Source: Dudresnaya verticillata
Taxonomy: Eukaryota
DNA: 64,000 nucleotides
Reading direction: 5' to 3'
NCBI GenBank assembly: GCA_977862235.1
Contig: OZ374562.1
Location: forward strand, 2,356,001 to 2,420,000
In this document: piece after piece, positions 39,052-49,953 of the stretch
Position numbering within the stretch: the stretch's first letter is position 1
Layout: every line of letters starts with the position of its first letter
The notes under the pieces: generated by a model
What the model saw: only the letters and a program-made list of their open reading frames with translations
The model's database searches: none
What the model was told of the DNA's origin: nothing
Made by a program: the position numbers and the translations under genes

Positions 39052-40006
39052 AGGCAAATGTGGTGCAATCCACTGAGGAAGAAGCGACAGAGGATACACC
39101 TCGGGCTGTTCGGGGGCCCGTGGGTAGCGAGGGCTGGTTGGTAGAGCTGGGGAATGCCCCTTGGTGTGACTGTAAAACACCAAAAGACAGAAAAAGGGAG
39201 GTTCCTTAGAAAGAAGGAAAAAGCAAGAGAAAATAAAGGAAAACAGGATTCTGTACGATGAAGAAGGGTAGCGGATGTACTGGAGTCCAGCCTAAAGAGG
39301 GAGTCGATAGGGTAGGAGGGTACGTCTCGCTGGGCCCAAGCTTAGCCGTTTTACTGTATGAGGGCGCACCTCAGGGCCCTAATATACTATGTAGGAGGCG
39401 GGTGCGCCTTGGTGGCGGATTAAGGTAAGGGGAGGGGGCGCGCCACTTCGCATTACGTGGCGCGCGCAATTCTATAATTATCTACTAAAATATCAACTGT
39501 CAGCCTAGTGGTAGTGTGGCTGAACGGTGTGCGCCAAGGGGGCGCACGTGTGCACGTGTACGCGTTGTCGTCTTGCGGGGCCATCCTTGCTGGCAGAGGG
39601 CGCCGGGCACTGTCAGGCCGGGCGCCTTACAGAGGCATTTCCCCAGTAGCATTGCTGGCGCGTGCGCGTGGTGCCAGAGCTTATTATAGAAATTGGCTCT
39701 GAGCTCAATCATCCGCGCAGCGGTTGATCCGCAGGAACCGGCCGCGGTGCGTCCGTCGTCCGCAGTCGCGTGAGCCGCGGTTGGTGGCATTATGAAGAAT
39801 TCTTCAACAGAGCGTAAAGGCGATTTGCGCCACATCTCCCCCCCGTTAAGCGGCGAGTATCCGCACGAGCCCACACTCAGCAGACCCAGCCTTCGCAGGT
39901 TGGTGCTCCGGTCTCTATTTGCGGCGTTGCTGCGTGGTAGCGCGTTTTGCTTTTGCGGACCCCCGCGTGTCATTCCGGGCCGGCTTGTGGCATCCCACGT
40001 CGGACC

Positions 40007-41692
40007 ATGCCGCCAAACTTCTCATTAGCGGAGCTAGACCGCGTGCTTCTGCGCGCCCCGCAGACATCTGCATCGTATCCTACGCCAGCCGACTTTGAGG
40101 GCAAGACGCCCTGGCGCGACCTTATTGACTTCGCGAACGCGCCGTGGATGTTCCACAATAACTTCAGGAACCACGCTCTTATCGAGCAGTACGTCTCGGA
40201 AGACGGTTTCCTTCCTGGGGAGCTTCCCCTGCGCGTATTAAGGACGCCCGACTGGCGTCGGCATGGCGCCATTCGTCCGGATTGGATCCGCCGTCACGGC
40301 GGGGAGGACGTACGCAGGGCGAGGTTGCGGTATGTCCGCTTGGTCTTTCAGCGGCTTTCCCGCACTCCCTGCCGGGTGGTCATTCCGCATGGTTATTGGC
40401 TTGACCTGGGCGTGTATTGCACCTTTGGGGAAATCCCCTATGCTGATGCCTTGGAGAATCTCCTCATCCCGCATGCGTGGGATGGGGTCGAGCCCCGGGT
40501 GCGCCAATCGGCACTGTTACTTGGCGTGCAGCTTCGTGCGGAATTCCGCTTTGTACGCAAACGCGAGAACAACGCTTATTGGGACAAGATTCGTTGGGAG
40601 CGTCGCGCTCGCTCCCGTCTGGGCTTCCTGGTGCCCTACCCTAATGTCGAAAGCGACGCAATTCATCGCACTTATCGTGATCGATGTTATGTGCGGCTGC
40701 CCGTCCCTCAGTGGGGCTTGGTGGAGTGTTGTGAGGGTTTCCTCGTCGAGTTGGCCCCCGCGGTGAGTTACACCATGTCATCCGTTATCGGCTACCCGCA
40801 GTCGGGATTGTGGACGGTGGAATACACGGAGTTCGTGACGAAGACGGCCGTTCAGTGGCTGTGGGAATTGTATGATACGTACCGCATGTGGTACATATCT
40901 CCCACAGTCCTGACGCTCGTTGCCCAGTTGGACTTGAGGATTGTCCTCGGCGGAGTTAACAACGAAGCGGAATTCCGCGTGTTGTTGGCGTTTTATGCCC
41001 AAGTTGATTGGGACCATGAAGACCAGCGGGTCCCGTTGTGCAACAACAAGAGGAGTTCCTCATCGACAAATTTCTCGCCTGGGCGTCGGCACCCGTCTTG
41101 CGGCGATTGGGCTTGGTTCGACCCTTGGACGCGCACTTTCGTCGCCGCGGACCGTGCCGCTTGGTTGCGTAGCCACCCGCGCTCGATGCCGCCGGGCCAG
41201 CCGCGAGGCTACCTGGTGGACCCCGAGGCGGGTGGCCTTGCGGAGTCGGATTACGAGGAAGAATCCTCCGACCTGGGCAGTAATGGGGAAATCCCCGATG
41301 ATGACACGATGACGGTCGACGCGCCGGTTGGCGGAGAATGCCCGGTTGCGGCAGTGCCGGCTGATGATGCTCCGAGCGGGGCGGCGGGAGCGACGGCCTA
41401 CACGGGTGAGGCAAGTGGCGACGGCAGCGGCCCTGTGATTGCGAGCGTGCCGATTGTTCGGCCGCCAGCCATTCGTCCGCCGTCGCCTGACCCCGAGGGC
41501 CAGCCGCGCGCTCGTCGCGTGAGGTTGAGCTTCAGTCAGCGGATTGCCGTGATCGGCTACTTGCGTAGGACGGGAATTCCCGAGGTTGCCATCCGCGGCA
41601 GCGACGAGGAGCTCCTCGAGGCCGCTGTCGATAAGGGGTTTAGCCTGGATGATGAGGATGGAGCGGGCCCAAGCGGGCCTGCTCATATCTAG
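40007..41692 (+). CDS. Intact antisense accessory protein of the Gypsy element (about 561 aa from ATG 40007), function unknown
   Basis: Uninterrupted ORF (39947-41692 in the track) opposite to gag-pol, between pol and the 3' LTR. It has a Trp/Arg-rich globular region, an acidic linker and a short C-terminal helical motif. Confidence 0.8.
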   Translation: MPPNFSLAELDRVLLRAPQTSASYPTPADFEGKTPWRDLIDFANAPWMFHNNFRNHALIEQYVSEDGFLPGELPLRVLRTPDWRRHGAIRPDWIRRHGGEDVRRARLRYVRLVFQRLSRTPCRVVIPHGYWLDLGVYCTFGEIPYADALENLLIPHAWDGVEPRVRQSALLLGVQLRAEFRFVRKRENNAYWDKIRWERRARSRLGFLVPYPNVESDAIHRTYRDRCYVRLPVPQWGLVECCEGFLVELAPAVSYTMSSVIGYPQSGLWTVEYTEFVTKTAVQWLWELYDTYRMWYISPTVLTLVAQLDLRIVLGGVNNEAEFRVLLAFYAQVDWDHEDQRVPLCNNKRSSSSTNFSPGRRHPSCGDWAWFDPWTRTFVAADRAAWLRSHPRSMPPGQPRGYLVDPEAGGLAESDYEEESSDLGSNGEIPDDDTMTVDAPVGGECPVAAVPADDAPSGAAGATAYTGEASGDGSGPVIASVPIVRPPAIRPPSPDPEGQPRARRVRLSFSQRIAVIGYLRRTGIPEVAIRGSDEELLEAAVDKGFSLDDEDGAGPSGPAHI

Positions 41693-41839
41693 TCGACCGT
41701 CGACATGTGGTGTGGGGCAACCGACCCTGTGGGACCCTGTGGGACTAGCCCATGCGCTGTAGTAGGGAGAGCGTCGCCATAACCAGGACTTATTAAAAGT
41801 TTGCCTGTTTGTCTTCTTGCTTGCCGTAATGCGGCACGT

Positions 41840-43220
41840 CGCTGCAGAGGAGTTCCCCTTTGCGAGTGGTAATGCGTATCGGTTCGCATAGGCATATGCG
41901 GGCGAGCGACGGGCCGCGATATGTCGCCAGTGAGGCGCGTGCCGCTCAGCGTGGAAGTCCACATTTCGTTAGCGACTTGGACGTAGGGGTTTCCCCGTCG
42001 CTGGAGTTGCGAATGCTCAAGGCCGTTGTTGGACAGGGGTGTTGTATACGGAATCCCGTTTTGGTCATAGCTTGTAATTCCAACTTAGTCGTGAACGACT
42101 TGGGGGAGGAAGGGGGTGTACTTGCGGTCGTCCGCTAGGGTGAGCCGATGCGTGGGCAAACGGCAGGTGATTGGTGCGGGGTGCGTCGGCACCATTATTA
42201 TCCAATGGGAATCCATGGCGTGGCCTGAGGCACGTGACCTGAAGGGAGTACAGTAGCCCAGTCCTGTACTGTGGCACCGCCACATTAATTGCGCGCCTGT
42301 ACAGACAACTGCTATCGGGTATAGTTGACTTCGGGCATGTTGACCCATTTGCGCCAGCGTTGCTCTGAGTGGACTCAACCATAGTTATGCGGGGAGACGA
42401 CCCCAAGGGGGCCGTCCAACGACCTAGTCGAGTTCGACGAAGTGGAAAGGAGTGTAGCGAGGAGAGCGGAATGCCGCGTGATGTAGTGTCCGTTAATAGC
42501 ATTGGCTACGGCGCGGACAATCGGTACCGATTGTGACGTCGTGTGGAGTGCCACGGTTATGATGGAGGCAGTGGTACTTCCCACTTAGGCGGCACACAAT
42601 TGTGCCTGCGTATGCGGAGGTATCCCCTCATCGTAGGGAGAGGGCGGTGTGTACGCGAAACCATTGATGGTTAGGTTGAGGGCTTACGGAGTTCCGTTTT
42701 AGGCATGCCTATAGCATGCATAATTGCCTTGGCGGGTCGTCTGTAGACGAGTTAGGGGCGTTCCCCATCAGTTTCGCCACCAGGGGCATGGCGTGGCGTC
42801 TCGCGATGTGGAATTCCACTTTTAGTGTACACCCTGTGTGAAGACGTCCCCTCCCCGTGAGCGCGCGGATGTCTTAGGTCATAAGTTATTAAACCCCGCA
42901 AAGACGGAATTCCGTTGTACCCATAACTGCTATCTGCTTAGATAGGGTCAGTCGTAGCCGACGTGTAGGCGGCCGTAATGCGCGACTGCGAACTGCTGCG
43001 GGCTGTGTAGAGGCGTGCCTCATCAGTTCAGCCAAAAGGGGCATTGTGGCACGCCCCTTACCAGAGGGGTCGTGCGCGTGGCGCTTGGCTTCTAAGTGCC
43101 CGCGCTGAGTTGCGGAGTTCCACTTATTGTGTACGGCCTGCATGAAGGCATTCCCCTATTGATGGGGAGCGCACGGCCGTTGGCGGTTTGGAGCAGTAGT
43201 TACGGAATTCCGTTTTGGGC
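41840..43220. repeat. Array of short palindromes (GGAATTCC-like) in four triad modules
   Basis: Triads start at 41951/41986/42048, 42571/42617/42686, 42808/42843/42904 and 43112/43146/43202. Confidence 0.75.
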
Positions 43221-43515
43221 GTGCTCGTGTTATTGACTTAGTCGCATTCGACTTTGGGAGCGACGATGGCGATCGCTTGCGGCAGACCGCTAGGGTCAGT
43301 GGGCGCGCGTAAGGAATATCCGATTGGCGCTGCGATAATTAATATCTCGTCCGACCAATAAGGTGCCATACCGTGGCTTACAGTAGTCCCGTTGTACGTG
43401 CGACAACTACTGTAGCATCGACTCCTGGGCCCGACTCTTCAATGTGGTGTCTCCACTTCATTTGGACTTAGTAGCCGCGTCCGCGCGTCCCGTTTGGGGG
43501 CTAGCCCACCATTGC

Positions 43516-46500
43516 CTAGGGGACGCCGAGACGTCTCCTCTTGCAATAGGAGATAACTTGACTCCGCGGTAGATGTTGTATGGGCTCCCATGTATTTTGC
43601 GAAGACGGATAGCCGTACCATTTCACTTCAAACAGAAGTTCTGTATTATCATAACTGTGGTTCACCACTTTTTCGATGACGTACTCGTCACGTGGGGGAG
43701 TGCCTTCATTGTGTTGGTGCCTTGATGACAGGGTGTCATTAGGCGGCGGTGCTTGAGGGGGGTCCTCTTGCCGAGTGCCCGACTGCGACGCGCGTGGCGC
43801 GACGGCAGCAATACGGCGACTCCGTCGGGGGCTTGGCGTGCCAAGGGTCACGGATGCGGCTTGATTGCGGTCTGCCGCTTCTGATCCAAGGCTGCGGCTT
43901 ACGAGAGGTCGCGTAGGGATTTCCCTAACGCTTTCGTCAAACGTGACTCTCTCTCTTGGCGGGCGTGGAGAATTCTCCTTGTTATGGTTTTGCGTTCTCG
44001 ACGCGTCCGGCGACACGTCGCGTGTTGCACCTTCAGTAGTGGGGTCCTTCCCATCAGCGGGTAGGGTTTCAGCCTGAGTATGGGGCCGTGACTCATCCGC
44101 CTCATTGGTGTCAGCCGAGTCGGCGGCAGGTGTTAGGCGATGCGTGTGTAGTGTCCCGGATGGGTGTGGCTCGAAGCCTTCCGTTATTCGACGAATAGGC
44201 GAGCCTTTGCGGAGTATGTCCCGCGTTGCTGCTTCTTGTGGAGTATTCTCCTGGGTGGCGGTTATGCCGGTATTCTGCGCGGGTTGCCGTTGACGAGGAG
44301 TTTCCTCCAAGTGGGGGTCGTCGGGCGATATCGCTGGTGCCTTTGGTGAGGTATCACGAGGAATTTCCTCTACTATACCGTTGACGGCCTTGGCGCCTTC
44401 TGAGACAGCGTACGGTTGATCCGCGATGGGGTGCCCATTTGCGCGGGCTTCGTTCGTTGGCCTGGATTCCGGCTCCGAACTTGCGAGAGCAGGAGTTGGA
44501 GTGGAAGCGGCGGCGTCAGCGCGTGTGGTGGGTGGTGAGTGAATTGCGGTAGTCCGCGTGCGGACGCCAGCGGTGCGTCCGGGTACTATGGGCGGCGGTA
44601 AATCCGCCAACCCGCGATCATTGCGTGGCTGTATGGCTGGCGCCACAGCATGAAAAGTAATTGGGGCATTTTCCCCGTGAGACACAGTAGCTCCGTCAGA
44701 GCACTGTATTCGAGTGTGATCGTTATTGAGATCGTTCGTTGGCGGTAAATCCGCATCTGTCGGGTCTGCCGTCCCTTCGGCGTTGGCTTGGTTGGTCGCG
44801 TCCCTTGGTGGGGCGGGTGCCAACACGACTCTGTCGCGGGAAATCCGCTCGTATTCAGGCCCGTCCTTCTCGACGGTGACAGTCTTGTCATTTGCGTCAC
44901 TCACGCGATAGGGGCCGTCAGCGATAGGCGTCAGTTTGTGTTTTGGGGTATCCTTCCCATAGTACTCCTTGCGTACGTAGACGTAGGAGTCTACTCCCAT
45001 GACGTCGCGTGAGGGACGTACCCTGTTATCGAAATTGCGTTTGTATCGCGCTTGTGTCTGGTCAACGCCTTTTGTGGCAGTTGACAGTAGTCCTGTGAGC
45101 CAGGACTGCCATTTGGCGTGGAATGTAGCCGAACTCGGCACTGGTTCCAGTGAGGGATGTGCCTCGATGCTTAGAGCGGGTGGAGGTCTGGAAAGTACCA
45201 GTTGGAAGGGGGCCAGGTTCGTGGTAGAATTAACTTGCGTATTGTACGCGTAGGTGATGGCATCTGAGAATAAATCCCATTCACGCGGATGGTCCGCAAC
45301 GTAGTGCAGTAGCGCGGCGAGCATTGTGCGGTTGAACCGCTCAACCTGCCCATTGCATTGGGGGTGATAGGTTGTAGTAAAGAGGTTTTTGATCCCCAAA
45401 GTTCCACATAACGACTGAAACAACTTTGCGGCAAATTGTCCGCCATTATCCGATAGTAGGTACAACGGGGGTCCGTAGACGTAGACCCAATGCGTAATAA
45501 ACGCTTCGGCAACTTTCGCAGCCGTAATCTTCTTCATCGGAACTGTCCGAACGAGTTTGGAGAAACGGTCTGTGATGACCAAGAGGAATCGATTGCCTCG
45601 TTTCGTGCGAATCAGTTCGCCATAGATGTCAATGGAGACAAACTCCAGGGGTGCTTTTGCTGGAAACAGCTTCATATACTTTGTATTATGGCGTAGCATA
45701 ACGCGATTTCGTGCACACGTTGTGCAGTTTCTTACGGTGGCGTAACAGTCCACAGCCATGGAAGGCCAGTAGAATGATCTACGGAGTGAGTAATACATCT
45801 TGCGACCACCGGGATGTCCGGATAGTTTCGGGAAGTGTGCCAGGTGTAGCACACGTGCGCGAAGAGTAAAGGGTATCACTATTTGAGGAAGTGCCTCTCG
45901 TGTGCGAATGAGGACTCCTGTCTCGTCCAGCGCGAAAGGTAACCCCTCCCCCCGTTAAGACGAGAACGCAGCGAGGTGCAGAAAGCATCTGCTAATTGCG
46001 TTTGAAGAAGCTCTTCCGTCGTGATTGGGCGCAAGAGGTCGGGTTGTGATGAAGGCGGATTCGCCAGGAGGAGGCGATCGGAGACTTCGTCGTCCAATTC
46101 GAGGAATTCCTCCTTATCGCAAACGGCGCAGATTGAAGGAGCGTCCGCCTCAACGTGGAAGCACGGAATTTCGTCGTCGATGTCGACTTGGGTTTCGCCA
46201 AGCGTTTGAAGACGCGAAAGGGCGTCCGCTTGGGTGTTGATGCGTCCCTTTTTGTAGCGGACGTCAAAGTCGAATTCCGACATACGTAAGCGCCAGCGCA
46301 TAAGGCGCCCGGAGGGATCATTAATCTCCATTAGCCAACGAAGAGAGGAGTGATCGGTGTGTATGGTAAACTTTTCCATTTGTAGGTAGGGCCGTAATGT
46401 GGTAACAGCCCACACCAATGCCAAACACTCCTTCTCGGAAACCGAGTAGTTCTTTTCGGCGGCTTGCAGAGAACGGGACCAGTACCCGAGGGGTTTCCTC

Positions 46501-48884
46501 GTACCGTCGGCGTGCGTTTGGAATAAGGGGCAGCCGACCTGGTAGTTTGACGCGTCGGTATCGGCAGAATAGGGCAAGCCAGGTTTTGGCAGAGATAGTA
46601 CCGGTGGTTCCGTGACAGCTTTGATCAGCGTCTGGAACGCGGCCTCTTGTTTGTCGTCGAGCGACTCAATATTGTCCGGGTGATCCTTTTTGAGGAGCCG
46701 GTTCAGTGGTCCTGCCACGTGAGAGTAGTTGGGGACGAACCTCCTATATACGTTACACAATCCAAGGAAGGACCTCAATTCCGTTTGTGTACGTGGGTGT
46801 TTTGCTTTGCGGAGTGCCGCAGTGACCGTTGGGTCGACCCGCAGTTCGCCGGGGCGGATGATATGGCCTAGGTAGTTGACGGTGTTTGTGAATAAGTCAC
46901 ATTTCTTCAGTTTGAGGGTAACCCCGGCGTGGTCCAATGCAGTCAGGATCTGCTCGACGTGTTTAAAGTGGGATTCAACGTCCTTGGAGTAGATGATAAC
47001 ATCGTCCAAGTAAACGAGGCATTTCTGCCACTTGAAACCTGAGAGCAGGATATCCAGGGTCCGCTGGAAGGTAGCGGGTGCATTGGTAAGGCCAAATGGC
47101 ATTCTCTTGTAGCGGAAGGTTCCCGCATGGCATGTAAACGTGGTTTTGTCACGATCGCGACCGTTGATGGGGATTTGCCAATACCCCGAGTTGCAATCGA
47201 GCGTAGTGAAGACGTTTGCTTCGCCGAGTGAATCGATACATTCATCGATGCGAGGTAACGGGTATGTATCCCGAACGGTTGCGGCATTTAAACGTCGGTA
47301 ATCGACACAGAATCGTAAGGTACCGTCCTTTTTAGGCACCAAAACAACTGGAGACGCCCAGGGAGATTGCGCCGGTTCTATGACGCCAGCTCGTAGCATG
47401 CGGTCAACTTCCGCTTGTTCCACTTGGCGTTGCTTCGGACCCTCCCGATAGGGTGGGCACGAGAACGGCCTCGTACCCGGAATCATATCGATGTAGTGTT
47501 CCGTAGTGGTGATTTCACCTAGTGAACCATCCCACATTGTAGAAAACCTACCAAGTAATTGTCGCACGCGCTCGGCGTGGTTCTCCGTCAGGTGGGATAA
47601 ATCCACGTCGTCCACCGAAGGTGGAGGTTCGTTTTCAGCTTCAAGGGTCTTTGCGTGAGCGTCACCTTTGTTTGTCGTATTCGACAGTCTTCCCAGTCGT
47701 TGGGATCTCGTTGCGGTATCGTCCGCTAAGTCAGCCAACCCAAGCACGTCCGCCAGCCTGATGGGGCTGGGCACCACGGCGGTGGGGTGCGGGAGGGCGG
47801 TCGCGACGACCTGGTTCTTAGGAAGAACTTGGTCGTGCGAGGTGAAGTTCGCGACTAGAATGCGGAACGGCCGCTTTGGTTCAACATGGGCTATTCCATT
47901 CGTTGGGATAATTCCCTGCCGGTGATACGGCTTGTCGTAGGGTTGAAGGCAAATCAGCCCCGCGCGTTCTGTGGTTACTGAAACCCACTTTTGCGCTTGG
48001 GCTGGGATTACGGTTCGTCCCGCTACGCGTATTTTCGTTGAGGTATGACCTCGTAGTGGCTCATTCTCCTGATCATCAGGTAGTGGCGGAGCCGTGGGCG
48101 GTCGCTTCAATGGTCGTCGCGTAATCGGTACGCGAGTCCCATGGTCGAGTTCGACTTCACGGCTCCTCGGATAGATGGCTTCTACGAAACGGTCGCAGAA
48201 GTCACATCCGAGGATGACCGGGGCGGCGAGTCTCTCGCAGACAATAAAGTCAAGTTTGACAATGCGGTCGCCCAGCCGAACGACCAAGGCGATAACGCCG
48301 GATGTTTGCAACGGCCGATTGTTGGCGTCGCTGATGGTGGGGATGTCCCCTTCTCGAATGCGGGATGCCGCTTGAGGTGGTAGTTCAGATTTTCTGATAA
48401 AGTTGGGACCGGCACCGGTATCTAGCACAGTAAGTTTACGCGATAGGTAGCTTGGGTGTAAACCCGTATCTGCGTAGACTTTAAAGTTGCGCTTTGCCGC
48501 TATCAGCAATTCGCCTTGTGCATGCGGTGGACGGTACCGGTGCCAGGGCCTGCGTAGTCCTGCCATTGGTGGCGAGGCCGAGGTCCGACTAGTCCTTGCA
48601 GGGTTCTGCAGTATGATCTTTGGAGTTACATCCTCCTTCTTGTCGGGTCGTGACCCTTGAGCGTCGATCGGAAATGTTTCCGGTCGAAGTTCCCCAGTCG
48701 AAGGGGGTATGACCCCGATTAGTTTTCCGAATTGCGGATGTCCGCTCGTCCGTCGCACCCATTCGTAGGGGCTGTCCACCGGGCGCGAACGCCTGAGGGT
48801 GGCGTTCGCTAGTGTGGGGTACCACAGTGGGCGGTCCCTGGGGTCGACCTTGAGGACTTGCCTCATCGTATTGTGCCTGTGCAT
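43516..48884 (-). CDS. Gypsy pol (PR-RT-RH-IN-chromodomain) with a single 1-nt frameshift at about 45950
   Basis: VLDTGAGPNFI; YLDD; DTDASN...TDHSSL; HLAHFPKLSGH...CTTC; SIDIYG/LSDNG/VERFN; chromodomain EYVIEKVV...VKWYGYPSSQNTWEP. Confidence 0.93.
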
Positions 48885-49953
48885 TCGCCAAGGGGTTCGT
48901 TGGTTTCAGCTCCTTGAGGTGCTTATACCGCGGCCCCTTGCGTCGTGTACCATCATCGCGACGGGGATTTCCCCAAACTTCTCCACCGGAGCGGTCTGAG
49001 TCCGAATTGTCGGAAGCCGACCGGGAGGAAGTTCCGTAGCCGTGGCGATGGTGACGGCGACTGCGGGTATTCCGCGTTGAGGTACGATGACGGTTTTGGC
49101 GTCGTGCTTCACGGTGGTCTTGACGGTAGTCGTCATAAGGGTGGTCCGTACACCCGTAAGGGTAACTGTCCTTGGGGTAAGTGTCCCCATGTCGAGCGTG
49201 ACTGTCGAATTCGACTAGTCTTCTGTTTGCGCCACGGCCATCGGGAGGCAGGGGCGCTTCGCGCTCATTGAGGCATATACCCTCTAGTCGTTCCAAACGG
49301 TCGGCAATCCGCGTTATGCGGTCATCGAGCGGGAGTTCCGCGGGTAAGCTTGGGGGGCTCGGAAGGGGCCCCCTTGCGGAAGTAGCCCTGTAGGTTTCGA
49401 GGAGGCGGTTAACGTCTCCTCGAAGCGTGCGGACCTCGACGGCGAGGTCCGGGTGGTTCTGTGGAGGATTCTCCAGGACGAGGTCAATTCGAGCACCAAC
49501 CTCGTCGATACGTTGGTTGACCAAAGCCAGGCTGTCCGTTATTTGACGCGACAGCCGGGCGGCAAAAGTCTGGTCTTCCATGAGGCACACCTCTTGAATC
49601 GCACTTCGGGGAATAGTAGTCCCGTGTATGAAGGCAACGCGAGGTGCTTCCTCTTGGACTGTGGATGGTTCCACCGGCGGCGGAACTGATACCGAAATCG
49701 GCGGTGGTGGGTTGGGCAGCGGCGGCGGGGGTGCCGGCTGCCCAACTTGGTCTTGGCCAGTCGGGAGAATCCCGGCTGGGTCAGGAGGTACGATCTCCAC
49801 CGAGGGCGGAATGCGAGGAACCCCCTCATTGGGTATTGCCGAAAAAGCGGCTTGGACCGCAGGACTTGCCTGCGCACGTGCACGCGTCACCATATTGGCA
49901 GCGGTCTGCGTTGGTACAGACCTTGCCGATGACGGCTGTCGACGGGTGGGCAT
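48589..49953 (-). CDS. Gypsy gag-like ORF (454 aa), overlapping pol in another frame; possibly internally deleted
   Basis: First ORF after the PBS, with a Pro-rich N-terminus and coiled-coil-like heptads. No zinc knuckle or evident capsid region was seen. Confidence 0.7.
   Translation of the reverse strand: MPTRRQPSSARSVPTQTAANMVTRARAQASPAVQAAFSAIPNEGVPRIPPSVEIVPPDPAGILPTGQDQVGQPAPPPPLPNPPPPISVSVPPPVEPSTVQEEAPRVAFIHGTTIPRSAIQEVCLMEDQTFAARLSRQITDSLALVNQRIDEVGARIDLVLENPPQNHPDLAVEVRTLRGDVNRLLETYRATSARGPLPSPPSLPAELPLDDRITRIADRLERLEGICLNEREAPLPPDGRGANRRLVEFDSHARHGDTYPKDSYPYGCTDHPYDDYRQDHREARRQNRHRTSTRNTRSRRHHRHGYGTSSRSASDNSDSDRSGGEVWGNPRRDDGTRRKGPRYKHLKELKPTNPLANAQAQYDEASPQGRPQGPPTVVPHTSERHPQAFAPGGQPLRMGATDERTSAIRKTNRGHTPFDWGTSTGNISDRRSRVTTRQEGGCNSKDHTAEPCKD

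Noticed and set aside
41840..43220. CRISPR-like array interpretation of the palindrome cluster
   Set aside because: The repeats are only about 12 bp, degenerate and irregularly spaced. There are no cas genes and the context is a eukaryotic retrotransposon.
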